Positions 1 to 18,328 of a DNA stretch of 64,000 nt are shown piece after piece; position 1 is the first letter of the stretch, and each line of letters opens with the position of its first letter. Below the pieces are notes generated by a model. The model saw only the letters and a program-made list of their open reading frames with translations, made no database searches and was not told the DNA's origin. The stretch spans positions 77,624,001 to 77,688,000 of the forward strand of contig OX597827.1 of the NCBI GenBank assembly GCA_951406725.2. The letters run 5' to 3'. A program made the translations under genes and the position numbers. Origin of the DNA: Octopus vulgaris (lineage: Eukaryota).

Positions 1-247
1 TATTGATTATGTTAGAAATACGAGACGGTAACAATAGTTGACAAGGTGGTGGCGGCGGTGGAGTTGCACCATTAGAGGTATTTCATGAGAGTGGCGAAGG
101 AGAGGGTGGAGTGCAGGAGGCACACCACCCCGTTGACACCCGGAATAGGAAGGATCGCGGGTGAATACAGCCAGGGAACCACTTAAAGGGACACCTTCCT
201 ATATAAATATATGCCTGAACGTGTATCTATACGAATAGGTATGTGTA

Positions 248-296
<49 letters not shown>

Positions 297-995
297 TTAC
301 ATACACACACACATGCGCGCGCGATTTCTTCTATGGATTGGATTGGATTTTAGAAGCCGAGTGTGAATACGAGACATTGATGCCATTCTCAATGAAACGT
401 AGCTAGTGATCGAAACCGCATCGCCCGCTCACTGTCGGCTTACTTCCCTCCAAAATAAGTTAATAGTGCAGTTTGGAGAGACCTCAATATATAACTGGTA
501 ACTGTCCTGTCGACGCCGGAGGAGAGGAAAAGTTGAACGCAGACGGGATTTGAACTCGGAAACAACGAGAGAACGTAATTAGATACTTATAGTTACACAC
601 CTATAAGTTCTAAGTTCAAATCCAGCCGAGGTTTTAATTTCCCTTTTCGCCCCGGTAAAGGAACACAGAAAAGTACTTTCCTATATTAGCCCCTGCACTC
701 TTAGTTCAAATGCTGTGGAGGTCAACTTTGCCTTTCGTCTTTTCCCTGGGTGAATAAAATAAAGTACCCGTCCCATAATGAGGTTGATCTTTGTTCAACT
801 ATAATATCCACGAACTCCATCCAACCAAAACAATATTGGAGAACAATCGATATTCCAATAAAACACTTTGTTGACACGAGCTGAGCCGCCGGCGAACCGG
901 TTTCGATACCTGGTTACTTCAAGGTAACTTCAAGCCACACACGTCGAGTGGTGATGAAGGCCTTACCTTATAGTAACTCTATATTAATATGATAT

Positions 996-1056
<61 letters not shown>

Positions 1057-1097
1057 CGTGAGTCGTCCAAGAGACCATAATTTAGAGAAAAGATGGG

Positions 1098-1129
<32 letters not shown>

Positions 1130-3789
1130 AATGTACACAGAATAAGAGACACAAGCTACCTGTGTGTATTAAATATTTACCTCTCGCTGGATGGAATACT
1201 TTTTTTGTTGATCCTACCTTAACGGAACAGTAAACTTTATATACATATATATATATTTATTTATTTAATTATTTGTGTAATGTAAACAAATAGACAATGC
1301 GAGAGAAAGAGCGATGCTAACTAACACTTAACAGCGAATTAAAACCCGCATCACTTAATATACAAAGCATGAAATACGAATCGGAGAAATAATGATCTCC
1401 GATACAAAACGAAAAAGGGATCTTCATAGCAACGAATACACAGGACTCGCTCGAATGTCTGACAAAATCCTAAATTACGGGTGTTTTATTTGTTTACAAA
1501 ATTAACAGTGAAACTGTAATTAAACGAATTTATTAGTCTGCGTAATTAGATGCTCCCACATTGGCTCATAAAGTATTTATTTACACAACACGTATGGATT
1601 CCCTCCGAATGTCCACCACACCAGCTCTAAAGGTGTGCTGGTTTAGTGTCTATGAAATGGACCACAGACGGTAATTAACTCAGACTAATTAATCGCAAGA
1701 GTCACTTGACATGAAATGAGAGTGAATGGGGGGTGAATGTAGCATGCCGTGTCTCTGGACCCTTCTGTTTGCTGCAGGAGCTCATTGTTTATATACGGAC
1801 GGATTCGACAACCTTTACCTCTGTATGGCGGAGAAAACCTTCCACATCTCTTTACAGGTCGACAAACGTGAAATATGGCAAGTTTTTTTTGGTTTTCTAC
1901 CGCCGGCCTTGCAATCTGCTAAATGCAGTCCTTTAGGCCGGAACAAAGTAACAATGCAACGGCGAGGTTGCACTTTTGAATTACAGCGGAAAAAAAAAAA
2001 TAAAGTGAGAGAGAAAATGAGAAGAATCTAGTCCATTATTGGACGGGTAATTTCTATTTACCAGCCCTGAAACAACGCAAAGTAAAGCTGACCTGGGCGA
2101 CATCTGAACTCAGAGCGCAGAAAACCAGAATACCACATCTACCCCTCTCTCTCTCATTACACACATATAAACCCCCAGTGTTGTTGGGTTCGAAGTTCGA
2201 ATCCGGCCCAAGTTTACTTTGTCTTTCCTATCTCAACTAATAAACACGCGACACCGATACTGCGGGTGAGCGCAATCGATTATACCCTAGAAGGGCGGTG
2301 CCCCAGAATGGTCGCAGTCTAATGACGAACAATAGCGACTTATAACAATTAAACCGCATTTTGGGGTCCTTTATTTTAACTTAGTTCAATCTCGATGTTG
2401 TGGTGGTAGTTCAAATTCCGCCGAGGTCGACTTTGCCTTTCATCCTTTCGGGGTCGATAAATTAAGTACCAGTTACGCACTGGAGTTGATCTAATCGACT
2501 TAATCCGTCTGTCTGTCCTTATTTGTCCCCTCTGTGTTTAGCCCCTTGAGGGTGGTAAAGAAATAGGTTATTCCACGTTCTTCGCCTCTGTTACTGCAGG
2601 TAGAGCGAAATGGCTTCAACCAGGGATGGTAACAAGGCGGCAGGCCTGGCTCCCAGGTAGCTTACCTTTATCTTTCATCACCAAACACTGAACACAATGA
2701 CCATTAAAACTTCATTCTAAACAAGATCGAGCTTCTACGTGGACATCCGGTCTGCTAGAAATAGTGGCAATCCTTATCGCCTTCGCCGAAATAGTAGTAG
2801 AAGCACCCTCAAATCACAACTCATTATTTTCAGGGGAATACAGGGTACGGCAGAAAAAAAAAGACTCCCGTATTTTAGGCGGCGAAGATTGGTGAATCTG
2901 GGAGGCTTTCTTGTCGTACCCTGTATTTTAGAGATACGAATAGGCATAAAGACTGTTCGTTTTGCTAAACGAAGCAGCCAAATCACTCTGAAACCACGCT
3001 ACTGTGTTTTAAAAAATCGAAGTAAACGTTAAATAATATGGTCAGTTATGGAACGCCTTTGATCAAAGGATTGATTAATCAGAGCTGGCTAAGGGTTAAA
3101 CTACATGCAAACATATATCAAGCGATGAGAGATTCTATGTGGTCGCTTGATCTGTTAGAAATAGCAGTTAAATGCCCTCCTCAAATCATATTCAAGGGTC
3201 TTATGCAAAAGGGAAAACACATCGGATAAATAGTCCCGATATCCACATAGATGGAAAAGCCACAGCTGGAGCGCCTTCAATCAACGCTAGCCTTCGGCTA
3301 ATCGCCAATATTTAGATGTTAATATAAATCTTAATTTTAGCCTTCAAAACCGAAAGTCAGAGACGAGATAGTCGCGCCTAAAATTAAAAAAAACTTGTCA
3401 GATGAAAAAAATGTGTTAGTATTTCAAATTTATTTGTTCAACAATTGTTATTGTTATGATACTAAAGGAATAATAAAACCGAAACAGCCCCAATCAAATA
3501 CATATATAAGTTCCTTTTCATGTTTTTTAAAGGTTGCGTCGGTTTAAACTCAAGAGTTACCGTGTTGTCCGTTCGCTTTTGTAAACAATACAATTTCAAA
3601 ATAAATTTAAAAATTAAAATAGACATCAATATACAATACAACGTTTCCAACGGTCGTATCCTACATAACAAATTATATACATACATATACATACATACAT
3701 ATATATATATATGTATATATATATACACACATGCATATATATATATATAGATAGATGGATAGATATATAAATATACAGATTGTTTTCTG

Positions 3790-3825
<36 letters not shown>

Positions 3826-5118
3826 ATAAATAAAGTGGATATAAGCTGAAGATGAGGATAAAATGCACAAATGATCTGGAAAAATTAAATACAAAAATAT
3901 ACACATATAGACAGAAATATACATACATTAGATAGATAAATAAGGAGAGAGCGTGTGTATATATACCTTTGTAAATATGTAGGTGTGCAGCTAAATAAGC
4001 ATATTATATATGTGGGTGTGTATCACCTTTATATACACATATATACATATATGTGTATATGTGTGTGTATATATATATGTGTATATATGGTGTTAAATAG
4101 ACACAAATAGGCGATTACCGAAGTGTGTGTGTGTATGGTTAAATATGTCTGCAGGTAGAGCGTATGTTGTATATATACAGTCTACATAGATGTACATGGT
4201 TATATATGTATATAAAAGTACATCTAGCAGTCAGTGCAATGTAGGAGGAGGTGAAGTGGGGTGTGGTTAAGACGTGCAGGACATGTCACACCGACAGAGA
4301 GAGAGAGAAGGAGAGGAGAGGAGAGGAACGGATGGATGAAGAGAGGGGGACGGGGTGCCACGGACGGGGTTTTCAAGAAAGTGCATTGGAAAAAGGGCGG
4401 ATTTCATAACAAGAAGGGTTCGTGAGTAAGGATCTAGAGGGGAAAGCATGCGGGGAGGTTTTTGGGGATGTGGAAAAAATAACAAGAAGAAAGACCAGCG
4501 AGAGAGAACTTACATTACCGACACAGGCAGACACACAGACAGATGAGGAACCGGTGCATAGAGAAATAGATCCCCCCGTGAAAGAATGACCGGATAATGG
4601 GGTTCGGGTTGTGAGAATGAATTGAATTTCTTAGGCCGAGGAGATGGATTGTGTCGATAGAGGACGGCGAACTGGGGTTATTTTGTATAGAATTATTCGA
4701 ATAGAGATCGAAATACAAGCAGGGGACGACGGTTTGTGTGTTGTGTGTTGGACGGAGTCGGCCCTTTCTGGCGGGTCCTTCGCTTATCTCCCCGTTTGTT
4801 TACTGTGGAAAAACCTTTTTGTTGTTTTTCAAGTCACAACAGTTGGCGGGGGAGGGGTAAAATGAAGTCGGTGGGGTGAGGAGTGTTTTGTACTTAAATG
4901 ATGCTTTTGTTGGGGGTATCGATCAAAAGCCTTCCAGCCGTGACTATCTCGTGTCTTTGGCTTCGGACAGAGCGTGTTGCTTTAGGTTTTAAGATGATCT
5001 GTTGTTTATATAGGATTGTGCCATTAGGAACACTTGGCTGCTATTTCTAGCGTAACTACTGACTGGCCGTTTGGCTCACTGTTGATACTCGTTCAACCTG
5101 CAAAAACTTTGACATACA

Positions 5119-9330
<4,212 letters not shown>

Positions 9331-9707
9331 CTGGTAACTAAGATGGTAGGAAACGAGTAGCTAGGGATTTGTGTGTGGTATGGGTTACTATATACCCTCA
9401 TATACACACACACACAGACGTTAAAAGAGGGTGCTGAGCACTTTTATGCCTGTGCGACAATTTGTAAAGCAACCCTATGCATATGTGTATATATATGCGT
9501 GTATATGTTTATAGACATTTTTGAATTAGAAAGTTTATTGGTGAAATATTCACATGGAGAAAAGACCCACGATTTGTTAGAGCTAACATGCCCGACATGG
9601 GCATCTGAGACTGGAACAAAAAGATGGACGAACTGAAATCTTTCAAAATCAATAAAATCAGAACTCTTCAGATCAGATTAGTTCTGAACCTAGATCAATG
9701 ATACACA

Positions 9708-9891
9708 AGGGGGCAAGATAGCAGAATCGTTAAGACACCAGTCGAAATGCTTAGCGGTATTTTGTCTGCCGCTATGTTCTGAGTTCAAATTCCGCCGAGG
9801 TCGACTTTGCCTTTCATCCTTTCGGGGTTGATCTAATCAACTGGCACCCTCCCCCAAAATTTTGGGCCTTGTGCCTGGAGTAGAAAAGAAT
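9708..9891 (+). mobile_element. tRNA-derived SINE with Meta/MESC-like core and 14-bp TSD
   Basis: Contains GAGTTCAAATTCCGCCGAGGTCGACTTTGCCTTTCATCCTTTCGGGG. Flanked by the direct repeat atcaatgatacaca (9694-9707 and 9892-9905). Core name is from recall. Other copies lie at about 610-790, 2407-2570, 27110-27230(-), 45075-45220, 47147-47330 and 58038-58250. Confidence 0.8.
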
Positions 9892-9903
9892 ATCAATGAT
9901 ACA

Positions 9904-10340
9904 CAGCACTGGATTATCCACTAAGCTAAGTAAGCACATGCTTAGGACATCAAGGGAAGGGCGAGGAGGCACCACAGAAATGGTAAATGGTCTATGGCAC
10001 AAAAGAAATCCCTTTAAACTTGCTGAAATAATATTTGGGATGCTTTTATCTATACTAAGTATAGATGCAGATGTATCACCTAAAGTTAATTTTAACGATA
10101 TCATCAAAGACTTTGTAATTAAAAATAAAGAAAAACAAAAGAGAAAACTTTTCAAATATAAATAAAATGGAAGCACACAAAAACACACATTTTTTCTATC
10201 TTACTGTGAATTTTGTTTCATTTTGGAAATAATTTATTTTATGGTTTAATATTGTTTACATTTTGAACCATTTATATATACTTGAGGGCACCAAACCCTT
10301 TTAAGTGCTCAGGGCCTCTATGGGTCTTAATCCAGTCCTG
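9904..10340. mobile_element. hAT-type MITE with perfect 8-bp TSD
   Basis: TIRs CAGCACTGGATTA and TAATCCAGTCCTG; TSD atgataca at 9896-9903 and 10341-10348. Confidence 0.88.
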
Positions 10341-10499
10341 ATGATACATTTATGATACCTTGAGTATATTTCTGTGGCTGTGTGCTAAGAACTTTGTTTC
10401 CCAACCACATGGTTTCGGGTTCAGTCCCACTGTGTGGTATTGTGGGCAAGTATCTTCTACTATGGCCTCGGGTCAACCAAATTCTTGGTAGACGGAAAC

Positions 10500-11368
10500 T
10501 GCAAGTAGCCTGTTGTAGGCTGATGCTGGTGCCACGCAACGAGTGCCCATCCTGGTGGCATGTAAAGAGCACCATAGAGGCAATGACAAATAACCGAGAC
10601 CTTTGGAGATATGCTGAGCTTTAGAAGGAAGACCCATCAAGCAAAGTGAAATTTTAGTCATGGCAGATACTGGTGTCACGCGACTGGCACCCGTACCAGT
10701 GACACACAAACGCACCTGTTACTCTCTTGCTCAAAATATGGAGTAGAAAAACAGCTGACAACTGATGAAGGGTCGTTCTTTATGTTGCTTGTCTTGTTTT
10801 CCATTTGTTTCTTTTGTTGTTTGCAAAAAAAGTTTGTATTCCATGTTTTTGGATTTCATGTTGTTTACATTCTATGACGTCCTGTACCCATATATGCATA
10901 TGTATATACACATATATGTAAGCATGTGTATATATGTGTGTGTGTGTGTGTGTGTATGTATGCACATATATATATATATAGCCCACTCAAAAGTACCTTG
11001 GATCATAGGGCAACATACTGTGCTTGAGGAGAACTATTGAGTCAAGTACATCAACAACAATAGCAATATTAAAATCAAATCAAATGGAAGTTGTAGTGTG
11101 AGACCCATGCTGGTAGCATATAAAAACCACCATCCGAACATGGCCGATGCCAGTGCCGCTTTGACTGGCTTCTGTGCTGGTGGCACATAAAAGCACCCAC
11201 TACTCTCTCGGAGTGGTTGGCATTAGGAAGGGCATCCAGCTGTAGAAACCTTGCCAGATCAGATTGGAGCCTGGTGCAGCCTTCTGGCTCACCAGTCCTC
11301 AGTCAAACTATCCAACCCATGCCAGCATGGAAAGCAGGCATTAAACGACGATGAGGATAATGATGATA
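10500..11368 (+). mobile_element. Two RTE-type 3' fragments (about 10500-10720 and 10995-11368)
   Basis: EAMTNNRDLWRYA relic and the same 3' UTR (GGTTGGCATTAGGAAGGGCATCCAGCTGTAGAAAC...GATGAT). Further copies lie at about 12655-12870(-), 15400-15560(-), 18352-18630(+), 31915-32090(+), 50870-51060(-), 54337-54525(-), 54614-54760(-), 54800-54990(+) and 60880-61090(-). Confidence 0.75.
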
Positions 11369-11380
11369 TATATGTATATA

Positions 11381-11435
<55 letters not shown>

Positions 11436-11492
11436 GCAGGCATGCATGAATACATATATATGTATATGTGTGTGTGTGTGTGTGTGTGTATG

Positions 11493-11528
<36 letters not shown>

Positions 11529-13084
11529 AAGATAGATGGATAGATATAGATATATGATGGATTTCTTTCAGTTTCCCTCCACTAAATCCACTTACAAGGC
11601 CCTGATTGACTCGAGGTTATAGTAAATAGGAGGTGCATGCCCAAGGTACAGCACTGCGGGACTGAACCCAGAAGCATGTGGTTGGTAGGCAAGCTTCTTA
11701 CCTCACAGCCACGCCAGCACCTAACCATGTAACATTCTTCTAGATTTGTATTCATTGAGTTAAAATAAATCTCAGTTGAGGTGGAAACTTTTCTTTGAAA
11801 GAAAAAAAAAGAAAATCAATACAAACATAATTTAAAATCTGAGATTTAATGATCCAATTCACAAAAAGAAGATTTTATTTTTTTCAATAAAAAGATGAAT
11901 GAAATTGATGCAGGAGAAGGAAAAATATTTTATTATCAGAGGGAAATTTTTTCTTGTTTTTATTTTAGCAATTTCACACTGCTTAGCACAAAACATACTG
12001 GATACTCCAGGGAATGTGTTGGGGAGGGAGCTGGAGGCTTGTGGCCTACTGGTTAGGGCACTGTGCTCAAGACCGTGTGATCGTAGGTTCAGTTCCTGGA
12101 CTAGGCAGTGTGTGTTGTGTTCCTTGATCAAGACACTTTATTTCAGAATTGCACCAAGACACTCTGCTGAAAAGGAATACCAGCCAAAAGTTGGTGCATC
12201 TCCCCCTCATCATTCTCTCTCTCTCTCTCCCCCCTCTCTCTCTTTCCCCCTCATCTCTCTCCCTCCCCTCTATCCCTCCCTGCTCTCCCTCCCCGCATAA
12301 TTCCCTTCCTCCCTTCCTCCCCTCTCTCCCTCTTTCCAGCTGTCACATCCCAACATTTTTGATATTTTGATGAGTCCCTGGATCAGGAGAGCCGAGTGGG
12401 TGCTTATGTCTCATCACATCTACAGAGCAAAGAAGAGGGTACATCCTACCCAAACATACTTGCTTGTAAGTGATGCTTACGGATACACACGTCCCCCTCT
12501 TCCCTCACCTCCTTCCTCACCCTCTCCCTTACTTGCAATCTCTCAACACATGTTCTTCATCATGTCCCCACCTCTGATTCCCTAATCCTTAACCATCTTG
12601 CACTCTCTCCTGCATTCTTTCAGCCTCTGCTCTTCCACACTTATTTATCTCCTGTCATCATCATCATCATCATTTAACATCCGTTTTCCGTGCTGACATG
12701 GGCTGGATGGTTTCACAGAAGCTGACAAACCAGAGGGCTGCACCAGGCTCCAATCATGGTTTCTACAGCTGGATGCCCTTCCTAATACCAACCACTTTAC
12801 AGAGTGTGATGGAAGCTTCCTACATGGTGCTATCATGGGTGCTTTTTACATAATGCTGGCACAGTTGCCTTTTCCCCTCACTCAATTCTGCTCCCTTCAT
12901 ATCTTGGGGTTCTGCCATCTGTTTTTCTTTCTTTCTGGTTCTACCCCATCTACTCCCACCCTTTCTTTTATAGTATAAGTAGCTGTGTGTCTACCTGGCA
13001 GCAGAAGACCTGTTCTGTTCTGAGCCTTTACCACTTATTTGGAAAGAACATGCTGTACTGCTTGGCATTCACGCTGGAAGCTCC

Positions 13085-13602
13085 AATACAAACATTTCAG
13101 AGTGTTTGGTTGTCAATCTGAGAACAGTGCAATCTGAGGATATGTACCGAGAGTGATAAAAATCAAATATCCAGTCAACATTATGGTGGTTGGAGTGATC
13201 ACTAGTGATGGTGACATTATGCCTCCATTCATCTTCCCAGATTCAACATGGAGGTCTACATCAAATGCCTGGAGGAGGTAGTGCTGCCCTGAGTCAAGAG
13301 GGTGTCTGCTGGAAGACCTTATGTCCAGCAACAGGACTCTGCACCATGTCACACAAGCAGAAGAGCCCAATCATGGCTGTTAGGCAATTTCTGTGACCAC
13401 ATTACCCCTAACATCTGGCCAGTTAACTCCCCAGATTGCAACCCTCTTTATTATTATGTGTGGAGCACAGTTGAGCGAGAGACCAACAAAATTCCTTGTA
13501 ACACCAAAGATGAACTGAAGGCAAAGATTATGGCAGAAGAGCTTCAGGAGATTCTGAAGTCGTCTGGAAGCCATGGTTCAAGCTAATGGCGATTTTATTG
13601 AA
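13085..13602 (+). mobile_element. Tc1/mariner-superfamily DD37D (maT-type) transposase relic, C-terminal part
   Basis: Reads YIKCLEEVVLP*VKRVSAGRPYVQQQDSAPCHTSRR...WPVNSPDCNPL(Y)YYVWSTVE...ANGDFIE. There are 37 residues between the QD aspartate and the third catalytic position, which is now Tyr. Stops and frameshifts are present. Confidence 0.88.
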
Positions 13603-13659
13603 AAAATTTACTCTTTAGTATTTCAAGATATTTTAATGCAATTTTGGTAAATATATATA

Positions 13660-13858
13660 GTAAATCCAAACACGAAGAACAAACACAAGAAAAAAAAAAA
13701 AATGCAAGGCTGAGGTACATATAAAGTATTAGCAGATGCTCAGGGAAGGAAAGAAAGTTGGTTTTATGCTTCGAGCAAAGCTCTTCTTCAGAAACAGGAA
13801 ACAGAGGAAAGTTCCAGAGAATGGAGGGGGAAAAAATCACCCACGATTCACATGTGGT

Positions 13859-13862
<4 letters not shown>
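13660..13862 (-). mobile_element. Penelope pseudo-LTR-like element with hammerhead (13761-13795)
   Basis: Minus strand GTTT-CTGAAGA-A-GAGC-ttt-GCTC-GAAGC-ATA-AAAC; the first core box is canonical and GAAA is mutated. Confidence 0.62.
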
Positions 13863-13914
<52 letters not shown>

Positions 13915-15106
13915 CATACATACATACATACATACATACATACATACATACATACATACATACATACATACATACATACATACATAGAAGGTTTTGCTGG
14001 TGACTGCTTTATTGCAAAACACCGGGCTGTATCAGATGTTACGTTTTGGAGACAATCACATCTTAACAGAAGACAAAGACCACTCAACTACATTGATATT
14101 ATTGGCAGAGACATACAGCATGGAACTAAAGATCAACCAAGTCCAATGGGTGACAGAGAGATTCCTGGTGGGACATCATGAGACATGTCTTGTTTGCAGC
14201 GACTTAAAGAAGTTTAGCTGACATTTCCATGTAACCTACCATTATGAACTGCTTCTATTAATTCATTCGTTGATGTTGCCTATGCTTATGCTGTCATGCA
14301 TGTTGGGCAGACTAATTCATTTCTGCCCAAGTTTGTGACTACTATAAATAGCAATAAGCTATTAATCTTTGTGGGGAAGAAATGAGTGGGCGATCTCTAA
14401 TGAGACATTAATAAAGACTGAAACTTGTGAGATTGATGTCTTTGTTCTTGCTACACAGGGAAAATAATTGCATTTGGACAATTGCAATAAGGTTAAATGT
14501 GTGGGGACAAAAAAGAAAAAGCCACGTGTTCATAATTTTACCTTACTTTCCTGTATGAACACACACGTCCACATATACTCACATACACAAACACGAGTGT
14601 CCCTGTGTATATGTGTGTATACACATGCAATTACTTACAAATCCACACTCATACATTTATATATATGTACGTGTGTGTGGTCATGTGTATGTGCATATAT
14701 ACACACATGAATATGCAGACACACACATATACACATGTGTGTACATGTGAGTGTATGTATGCATCGTACAACACATACAGTACTCCTGTAATACATGTAC
14801 ACCACACAGCACATACTGTACAAAATCAGTAAAATGTGTGCTTATATGTTTACATAAACACACACACACACACGCGCATACACACACACATATATACTGT
14901 TATCTGATTCAACACAAATTAGGCAGAGTGTAACTATTAAACATTTCTTGGAGTGTAAAATAGAATCGAGTTTTTAAGAATTGAATTCACTTGAATGATT
15001 CTTTTGAAATCATAGTTATGCTATTCATCTGGTGAAACTTAGAGTAGCAGCAAAGTCCATCCAGATAAATATGTTGAATAATATATATATACATATATAC
15101 ATAGAT

Positions 15107-15295
15107 GCATCATCATCATCATTGTCATGTCGCCATCATCATCATCATTATCATCGTCATCATGGTCATAACCAACATCATCGTCGTCGTCGTCATCATC
15201 ATCATCATCATAATCATCATTATCATAATCATAATCATCATCATCATCATCATCATCATCATAATCATAATCATCATCATCATCATCATAATCAT

Positions 15296-15326
<31 letters not shown>

Positions 15327-15936
15327 GTCGTCGTCGTTGTCGTCGTCGTCGTCGTCATCCTCCTCCTCCTCCTCCTCATCATCATCATTATTTCCAACGT
15401 CATCATTTAATGTCCATGTTGGCGTGGCTGGGATGATTTGCGAAGATGCCCAAGGTCAGCATCATGCTCCGATGTCTGTTTTGGCATGGTTTCTACAGCT
15501 GGATGCCCCTTCCTAACGCCAACCACCTCGTAAAGTGTACTGGGTCCTCTTTTTTCATGGCACCCTAGTAGGCTTCAGTGGTCACTTCTTTATTACTGGA
15601 CAAGAAGCGTATCTGGGCATGAAAACATCTGCATCAATAAACTCCATTTGATCCATGTTGATGGACATTAAAACAGTTATGACGATGATGATGATGGTGG
15701 TGGTGGTGGTGGTGATTGTGGTGGTGGTGATTGTGGTGGTGGTGGTGGAGCTGGTGGTGATGATGATGGTGATGATGATGACGACGACGATGATGATGAT
15801 GGTGATGGTAATGATGATTATGATGATGAGGAGGAGGAGGATGTTGATGATGATAATGACGATGAAAATGATGATGACAATGATGATGATGATGATGATG
15901 TTGATAATGGTTATTTCAATGATGTTGAAGATGATT

Positions 15937-15970
<34 letters not shown>

Positions 15971-16070
15971 CGATGATAATGATGATGATGATGAGAAGGA
16001 GGAGGAGGAGGATGACGATGATCATGATGATGGTGATGATGATGACGATGATAATGATTATGATGATGAC

Positions 16071-16103
<33 letters not shown>

Positions 16104-16125
16104 AATGATGACGACGATGATGATT
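15107..16125. repeat. Facing (CAT)n (15107-15405) and (GAT)n (15680-16125) trinucleotide tracts
   Basis: Direct reading; the two tracts are mutually complementary. Confidence 0.95.
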
Positions 16126-16928
16126 GTTGCTATTGTAATTATTAATTTAGGGCAAATCACCGAGAAGTTCATGAACAGCGACAAAAGAACTTTGACTAAC
16201 AAACAACCAATTGATTAGTTAGTTCGTTGGATATTTAACTAATTGGCCGACAATAAAGAAGTGATATTAAACCAGTACGTGTGTTATTATTGATGTAATG
16301 ACCCTCCCAAAGCACAAGATTACTATTACTATTATTTAACTTATCTTTAATGAGTTGTTTCAATTACCTTCTGTATTCTTTAATTACCAAACCTTAATCA
16401 GGTTTGTGTGTTCAGCCAATGATGTTTTATACACTTTGCGTTAAAACGAAGGTGATGTCGTTTAATAAAAATTTAATTGCACCAATCACAGGCTGAAAAT
16501 AACACCACAGCGCCCATCCACCAATTGATTTTGATTAAAAGCAATTTTTTTCAGTGATTTTGTAGAAGAATTTTATGACACCATTAAAGCTAAGATGAAA
16601 ACAAATTTCAACTCGAATCCAAGCACTGATGTCTTTAATTCATTAGAATGGTAAGAATAATATGGACACATATAATTCCTTTGATATCGGTTTGTTGTAA
16701 GTATGAAGTGGTGACTACTACCACATTAAATCATCAGGAAGATGGAAGATGGAAGCTTTAGGAATTACTCAAAAAGAGAAGAAAAAAACAGGCTGTTTCA
16801 CAAATGGTTTCCACTATTTTTTTTACACAAAATTACCAAAAACAAAAACAAAAACATATATATATACTTATATATAAATGTTCTAAAATCTACACACCTT
16901 TGTTTTTTTTTATCTCATTACTAAATAA

Positions 16929-16970
<42 letters not shown>

Positions 16971-17862
16971 CTTATGCAATTAAGTTGAAATTTGATGTAT
17001 TTGTTTATGCAATTAACTGAATATTATGCAATTATTTCTTGTGCAGTTCAATTAAGTGAAACCAAATTGTGTCATCATCATCATCATCACCATCATCGTC
17101 GTCGTCGTCGTCGTCATCATCATCATCAGTAGCAGCAGCATTGTTTTAAGGTTCACTTTTTGCAAAGCTCAGACAGAATTCATTGAAGCAAGATTTTCTA
17201 CAGCCTAATGCTCTCCCTGTTGCCAACCCTCACCTTTTTCCAAGCAAGGCAACATTTGCCCTGAACTGCACATGTTTTCATGGAACACTGGAAATGAAAG
17301 AGATCATATTTGCATCAACATACTAGTGTGTGAATGTGTGTGTGTGTGTGTGTGTGTAAATGAGTCTGCTGAAATGAATTGATAAGCCTACATATAACAT
17401 TCAAAGGTACATCTTCCTTTCCCCTGATGAAACTATACTCAAGGTCCATAAATGTAAATTTAATGTACTGTTCCTGCATATCTCTTGCTCAGAGATTTAA
17501 AACTTGCTGTTTTTTCTCTTTACGGGATCAGCAAAAATGTGTCGCTTAAAAATTATATAGTATAAGCAAGTTGAGTGAGCCCCCATCACTAGCCTATGAG
17601 GACAGGAAAGAACCCAGAAACCTAGGTCTGTGAGTATCACGAAGGCTAGAGATGGGAGGGATGACCTCCTTGGCTCATACAATGCGGACATAAACTGTGT
17701 ACCAATAGACAGCTGGAAAAGATGTTTTCCTGGGGATAAACAACACCAATATCTTCCTTACATAGGACTGCCACATTCTGTTGGCAAATAAACCTTACTA
17801 TTCAGTGTTACTGAATATCTCTCACTCTGAGACTTGAAACTAACCATATATATATATATATT

Positions 17863-17898
<36 letters not shown>

Positions 17899-17941
17899 TA
17901 TTTATATATATTTATTTATTTGATGATGATGATGATATATA

Positions 17942-18027
<86 letters not shown>

Positions 18028-18295
18028 TGGCTTCTTCCAGTTTCTGTCTACCAAATCCACTCACAAGTCTTTGGTTGACCCAAGGCTATAATAGGAGATG
18101 CTTGCCTAAGGTGTCACACAGTGGGACTAACCCGAAGTCATGTGGTTGGTAAGCAAGCTTCTTACCACACATCCATGCTTGTGCCTATAACTCTATTTTA
18201 TATGGTGAGATGAGTGGGCCTACTATCTCTAAATTAAAATATATATTTCTTCATTAAGAATAATTTGTAATTCTGGAATTTTTATTCCCTAACAA

Positions 18296-18328
<33 letters not shown>

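Noticed and set aside
10762-10890. CTGATGA within a T-rich pLTR-looking segment
   Set aside because: No stem II or GAAA box could be placed, so a ribozyme cannot be supported. The similar segment at about 31545-31690 was rejected for the same reason.
15032-16218. PolyH/polyI/polyM ORFs
   Set aside because: Trinucleotide tails of retroelements, open in several frames by composition.
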